Assembly (NCBI GenBank): GCA_046485185.1
Contig: JAWOHL010000061.1
Coordinates: 1 to 62,662 of the forward strand
Source: Candidatus Fermentibacteraceae bacterium
GTDB taxonomy: Bacteria; Fermentibacterota; Fermentibacteria; Fermentibacterales; JCC-6
Length of the DNA: 62,662 bases
Direction: 5' to 3'
Under the pieces are notes generated by a model. It did no database searches, was not told the origin of the DNA, and saw nothing but the letters and a program-made list of their open reading frames with translations. Shown here in pieces: positions 58,163 through 62,662 of this stretch. Positions within the stretch are counted from its first letter, which is position 1, and each line of letters opens with the position of its first letter. Both the position numbers and the translations under genes were made by a program.

Positions 58163-59932
58163 ATGCATCACGGAAGGATTGACAAGATAGCCGGGCCTTT
58201 GGTGGTGGCCACGGGAATGAACGAGGCCAGAATGTACGACGTGGTCTATGTTTCCGACTACCGGCTGATAGGTGAGATCATTGAACTCAAGGGGGACAGG
58301 GCAAGCATTCAGGTTTACGAGGAAACGGCAGGGCTGAAGCCCGGTGATCCCGTGTATGAAACGGGTCTTCCCCTCTCCGTCGAACTTGGCCCCGGGCTTC
58401 TCACCTCGATCTACGACGGCATACAGCGACCGCTGGACAAGGTGCGGGAGCAGGCCGGGGACTGGATAGGCCGGGGCATAAACATTCCGGGCCTCGATCA
58501 CGGGAAAAAGTGGGGTTTCACCCCGGAACTGAGCCCCGGAACCGCAGTCAGCGGCGGGGAGGTTATCGGATCGGTCCAGGAGACTGAACTCATTCTGCAC
58601 AGGGTCATGGTTCCGCCCGGCACGGCGGGTGAAGTTGAATGGGTTGCCCCGGCAGGTGACTACACGATCGATGAAGACGTGGCAAGGGTGAAACTGGCGG
58701 ATGGCACGACAAGCAACCTAACGATGCTTCAGAAGTGGCCGGTCAGAAAACCCAGACCCATAGCGACCAAACTGGCGCCCAATGAACCCCTGATCACTGG
58801 TCAGAGGGTCGTGGACGCGTTCTTTCCCGTGGGCAAGGGGGGGACCGCCTGTGTTCCCGGACCGTTCGGAAGCGGCAAAACGGTCATTCAGCACCAGCTC
58901 GCCAAATGGGCCGACTCCGAGATAGTGGTCTACGTGGGATGCGGAGAGCGCGGCAACGAAATGACCGACGTCCTTCAGGAGTTCCCGGAACTGGAGGACC
59001 CCAAGAGCGGAAAGCCCCTGATCCTCAAGACGGTTCTGGTGGCCAACACATCCAACATGCCCGTGGCCGCCCGTGAAGCCAGCGTGTACACCGGCATAAC
59101 CATTGCCGAGTACTTCCGTGACATGGGTTACTCGGTCGCTCTGATGGCTGATTCCACGAGCCGCTGGGCGGAAGCCATGAGGGAGATGAGCGGCAGGCTC
59201 GAGGAAATGCCCGGCGAAGAGGGTTACCCCGCCTACCTCGGTACACGCATCGCCGAGTTCTACGAGCGTGCCGGCAAGGTTGAGTGCCTCGGGGGCCAGG
59301 GCCGCAGCGGGGCGCTGACGGTGGTCGGCGCGGTGAGCCCCGCGGGCGGCGACCTGTCCGACCCGGTCGTCCAGGCAACGCTCAGGGTTGTGAAGGTTTT
59401 CTGGAGCCTTCAGGCGAACCTGGCGTACATGCGCCATTTTCCCGCCATCGGATGGCTGGACAGCTACTCGCTTTACACCCGCAACCTGAGGGGCTACTAC
59501 GACGAAACCCTTGGCGCGGGATGGGTTAAGATGGTCACCAGGTCGATGGCGCTTCTTCAGGAAGAGGCCAACCTTCAGGAGATAGCCAGGCTGGTGGGCG
59601 CCGAGTCCCTCTCTCCGGAGGATCAGCTCGTCCTTTACACAAGCCGCTCCATCCGCGAGGACTTCCTTCACCAGAACGCCTTCCATCCCGTTGACACCTA
59701 CGCTTCCATCGAGAAGCAGAAAGCCATGCTCGAGGTCATAATGCACACCCACGACGGCATGGGCCGCGCGCTCAAAGCGGGCGTGGCGCCCCGTGACCTT
59801 TTCGCCTTCCCCCTGAAGGAGAAGGTGGCGGGGATGCGCTACCTTCCCGAAGAGCACATTTCAGCCATCAATGAGCTTAAGGACCTTATCACCGCAGAGC
59901 TTGACTCCATGGTGGAGAAGGCCGCTCTGTAA
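58163..59932 (+). CDS. atpA: V/A-type ATP synthase subunit A
   Basis: [44 protein letters not shown]. Confidence 0.97.
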   Translation: MHHGRIDKIAGPLVVATGMNEARMYDVVYVSDYRLIGEIIELKGDRASIQVYEETAGLKPGDPVYETGLPLSVELGPGLLTSIYDGIQRPLDKVREQAGDWIGRGINIPGLDHGKKWGFTPELSPGTAVSGGEVIGSVQETELILHRVMVPPGTAGEVEWVAPAGDYTIDEDVARVKLADGTTSNLTMLQKWPVRKPRPIATKLAPNEPLITGQRVVDAFFPVGKGGTACVPGPFGSGKTVIQHQLAKWADSEIVVYVGCGERGNEMTDVLQEFPELEDPKSGKPLILKTVLVANTSNMPVAAREASVYTGITIAEYFRDMGYSVALMADSTSRWAEAMREMSGRLEEMPGEEGYPAYLGTRIAEFYERAGKVECLGGQGRSGALTVVGAVSPAGGDLSDPVVQATLRVVKVFWSLQANLAYMRHFPAIGWLDSYSLYTRNLRGYYDETLGAGWVKMVTRSMALLQEEANLQEIARLVGAESLSPEDQLVLYTSRSIREDFLHQNAFHPVDTYASIEKQKAMLEVIMHTHDGMGRALKAGVAPRDLFAFPLKEKVAGMRYLPEEHISAINELKDLITAELDSMVEKAAL

Positions 59933-59946
59933 CCGGAGGTGACGAC

Positions 59947-61335
59947 ATGATCAAGGAATACACCACGACAGTTGAGATCTCCGGGCCACTGATGCTGGTG
60001 GACGGAGTAACGGATGTCAGTTTTGAGGAGCTGGTGGAGATCGAGCTTCCATCGGGGGAGATCCGCCACGGAAAGGTGCTCGAGATTGACTCCAGAAGGG
60101 CACTTGTCCAGCTCTTCGAGGGCTCGAGCGGAACCGATCTTGAAAAATGCCGGGTCCGCTTCCTGGGCAAGGGTGTGGAGCTGGGAGTGAGCACGGAGAT
60201 GCTTGGCAGGGTCTTCGACGGGCAGGGCAGACCGCGGGCTCCCTTCGACACCGCCCCTCCCATCGTTCCCGAGAAGATGGTGAACATCAACGGCGCGCCC
60301 ATCAACCCCTACGCCAGGGATTACCCTGCCGAGTTCATCCAGACCGGGTTCAGCAGCATCGACGGTATCAACACCCTGGTCCGCGGACAGAAGCTTCCGG
60401 TCTTCAGCGCCAACGGTCTGCCCCACGGGGAGGTGGCAGCACAGATCGCCCGCCAGGCAAGGGTTCTGGGCAAGGGTGAGAGCTTCGCGGTGGTTTTCGC
60501 CGCAATGGGCATCACCTTCGAGGAAGCCGACTACTTCATCCGTGATTTCAAGGCAACTGGCGCCATGAACAGGGCGGTTGTCTTCCTGAACCTTGCCGAC
60601 GACCCGGCAATCGAGAGGATCTCAACACCCCGGATGGCCCTCACCGCCGCCGAATACCTGGCATACGAGAAGGACATGCACATCCTCGTGATCCTCACCG
60701 ACATGACCAACTACTGCGACGCCCTCAGGGAGATAAGCGCCGCCCGCAAGGAGGTTCCGGGAAGAAGGGGTTACCCGGGTTACCTCTACACCGACCTTGC
60801 CTCGATTTACGAGAGGGCCGGGCGCATCAAGGGCAGGAAGGGCTCCATCACGCAGATCCCCATCCTCACCATGCCCGAGGACGACAAGACGCACCCCATT
60901 CCCGACCTCACGGGCTACATCACCGAGGGGCAGCTCATCCTCAACCGCGAGCTCCACAAGAAGGGCATCTACCCCCCCATGGATGTCATGGAATCCCTCT
61001 CCAGGCTGAAGGACAAGGGCATCGGCAAGAACAAGACACGCGAGGACCATGCCGATCTTTTCAATCAGCTCATGGCGGCGTACTCCGCCGGCAAGCAGGC
61101 CAGAGAGCTTTCGGTCATCCTGGGAGTGGCGGCGCTCAGCACGCTCGACAGGCAGTTCATGGAGTTCGCCGAGGAGTACGAGAAACGCTACATCAGTCAG
61201 GGCGATCACGAGGACAGGGGTATCGAGGAAACCCTCAACCTTGGATGGGAGCTTCTGAAGCACCTGCCCAGGGAGGAGATGAAGCGTATCCGGCCCGAAT
61301 ACCTCGACCGTTACTGGCCACGGGAAAAGGCCTGA
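59947..61335 (+). CDS. atpB: V/A-type ATP synthase subunit B
   Basis: GPL, QTG.S.ID, RGQKLP.FS, DMTNYC.ALRE, RRGYPGY.YTDL, YITEGQ. Confidence 0.97.
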   Translation: MIKEYTTTVEISGPLMLVDGVTDVSFEELVEIELPSGEIRHGKVLEIDSRRALVQLFEGSSGTDLEKCRVRFLGKGVELGVSTEMLGRVFDGQGRPRAPFDTAPPIVPEKMVNINGAPINPYARDYPAEFIQTGFSSIDGINTLVRGQKLPVFSANGLPHGEVAAQIARQARVLGKGESFAVVFAAMGITFEEADYFIRDFKATGAMNRAVVFLNLADDPAIERISTPRMALTAAEYLAYEKDMHILVILTDMTNYCDALREISAARKEVPGRRGYPGYLYTDLASIYERAGRIKGRKGSITQIPILTMPEDDKTHPIPDLTGYITEGQLILNRELHKKGIYPPMDVMESLSRLKDKGIGKNKTREDHADLFNQLMAAYSAGKQARELSVILGVAALSTLDRQFMEFAEEYEKRYISQGDHEDRGIEETLNLGWELLKHLPREEMKRIRPEYLDRYWPREKA

Positions 61336-61336
61336 C

Positions 61337-61966
61337 ATGGCGCTTCATGTCCGGGCCACCAGAATGGAGCTGCTTCAGCTCAAGCGCAGGGTGAAACTTG
61401 CCCTGAGGGGCCACAAGCTTCTGAAGGACAAGCTTGACGAGCTGATGCGGCAGTTCAAGCTGCTCATCGCCGAGTACGGCGGCGCCAGAACATCACTCGA
61501 GAAGGAACTTCACAAAGCATACGGCCAGTTCCTCTTCGCCCGGGCCGCCATGCACCGTGAAGCGATGGATGACGCCCTGGCCCACCCCGGCGCCAGGGCC
61601 GTGGTCACAACCGACACCCGCCGCGTGATGAACCTGACCCTTCCCGTATTCCGCGTTTCGGTGGAGGGCAACGTTCGGAACTACGGCCTTTTCGACACAC
61701 CTCCCGAGCTGGACGAGGCGCTCGAGGTGTACAGGCATGTGCTCCCGGCCATCATAAGGCTTGCGGAGCAGGAAAAGGCCATAACCCTCATAGCGCACGA
61801 GATAGACTCGACCCGCCGCAGGGTGAACGCGCTCGAGTACGTTCTGATACCCGATTACGAGTCAGCCATTTCCAGTGTGCGGCTGAAGCTTGCTGAGATG
61901 GACCGCTCCAACACCACAAGGCTCATGAAGGTGAAGGAGATGGCAGACGCGAAGCGGGGTATTTAG
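61337..61966 (+). CDS. atpD: V/A-type ATP synthase subunit D
   Basis: TRMEL, RGHKLLKDK, T.RRVNALE. Confidence 0.95.
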   Translation: MALHVRATRMELLQLKRRVKLALRGHKLLKDKLDELMRQFKLLIAEYGGARTSLEKELHKAYGQFLFARAAMHREAMDDALAHPGARAVVTTDTRRVMNLTLPVFRVSVEGNVRNYGLFDTPPELDEALEVYRHVLPAIIRLAEQEKAITLIAHEIDSTRRRVNALEYVLIPDYESAISSVRLKLAEMDRSNTTRLMKVKEMADAKRGI

Positions 61967-61969
61967 TCG

Positions 61970-62662
61970 TTACCTGACGATGCTGAGGTAGCCGGGTCTC
62001 AGTACATCTGTCCAGAACATACACCATATCTGTTCCTGCTCTGGCAGGACGATCATCATTGGATTTGTCATTTCCTGTGAGAGGTAAACTTTTCCTGCTA
62101 TACCAAGATCCCCAGTGTTCATGACTATGATTGAATCAGGGTAAAACGGGTGATTGCGATAGTAGGCGAAAACATCTCCCGAGGCCTCATATATCACTGT
62201 CCTGAAGGGTAGTTCAGGCATTTGCCGGGTATCGAGCACTTCAAGGCTGAACGGATCCAGGTGGTACAGGTCGCTGTTACCTGTACCTGACAAGACGCAC
62301 AGATCACCATTTGATGTTACTATTGGGTTGCATGAAACCGTGATCGGGCATGTTGCGTCTATTGCAAGTGATGCCGGGTCGAGCCTGCACAGGCCTTCGG
62401 CTCCGCCCCAGATGTATGTGCCGTACCTTCCCGAAACCACTCCCTGCGAAAAGGTGAAGTCCAGAGTGTCCACGAAAGACATGCCGTTCATGTCGAGAAC
62501 AAGCGAAGCCTGGCTGCCCTGGGGGCAGAGGATCACCCTGGCATCCATTGCGCCGGCAATCATGGCGCTGCAGGTGAAATCGACCGGAAAAGTGCCGACT
62601 GTCTGCAGTGTGTTCTCATCGAGAAGATCCAGGTACATGCCGTACGAGTCATCGTAGGAGAT
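61970..62662 (-). CDS. 3' part of a probable YncE-like beta-propeller/secreted protein, truncated by the window edge
   Basis: Frame stays open to the window end (ISYDDSYGM...); repeats such as 'LD..TL..V.T', 'LDP.SL...'; lower GC. Confidence 0.5.
   Translation of the reverse strand: MSYDDSYGMYLDLLDENTLQTVGTFPVDFTCSAMIAGAMDARVILCPQGSQASLVLDMNGMSFVDTLDFTFSQGVVSGRYGTYIWGGAEGLCRLDPASLAIDATCPITVSCNPIVTSNGDLCVLSGTGNSDLYHLDPFSLEVLDTRQMPELPFRTVIYEASGDVFAYYRNHPFYPDSIIVMNTGDLGIAGKVYLSQEMTNPMMIVLPEQEQIWCMFWTDVLRPGYLSIVR

Overview
A ~62.7 kb, mostly ~60% GC chromosomal segment from an anaerobic diderm bacterium. It contains the replication origin region (parB-parA-rsmG-mnmG-mnmE-yidC-yidD-rnpA-rpmH <- -> dnaA-[oriC]-dnaN-dciA-gyrB-gyrA). 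Gene orientation flips around the origin, and two parS sites are visible. Secreted proteins with C-terminal 'F/YDxxGR' sorting-type domains suggest an FCB-group lineage, possibly Fermentibacteria-like; this is an inference. Recognisable metabolic blocks are a methylmalonyl-CoA mutase C-domain/MeaB/epimerase/Na+-translocating decarboxylase operon, ptb-buk-iorAB, and a complete V/A-type ATPase whose K subunit carries the Na+-binding signature. The main unexplained feature is a tightly coupled six-gene minus-strand operon (8132->3932). It encodes FOUR ferredoxin proteins that all carry signal peptides or lipoboxes and have no twin-arginine motif at their likely starts. In two of them the ferredoxin appears inserted in an FN3-like scaffold. 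They are followed by a putative outer-membrane beta-barrel and a Cys-bearing DsbD_2/TauE-like inner-membrane protein, so this is a candidate haem-free 'porin-ferredoxin' envelope electron-transfer system. Other oddities: an NSS transporter with two YHS-like repeats in its extracellular loop, long palindromes flanking tRNA-Ser(CGA), an AT-rich dyad beside a duplicated cupin fragment, rnpA apparently starting inside rpmH, a hybrid kinase with an adenylate-cyclase-like 6TM anchor, an M23-less partner of bactofilin, and a 1184-aa unknown gene coupled to gyrA. All assignments come from motif reading by eye; no database searches were run.
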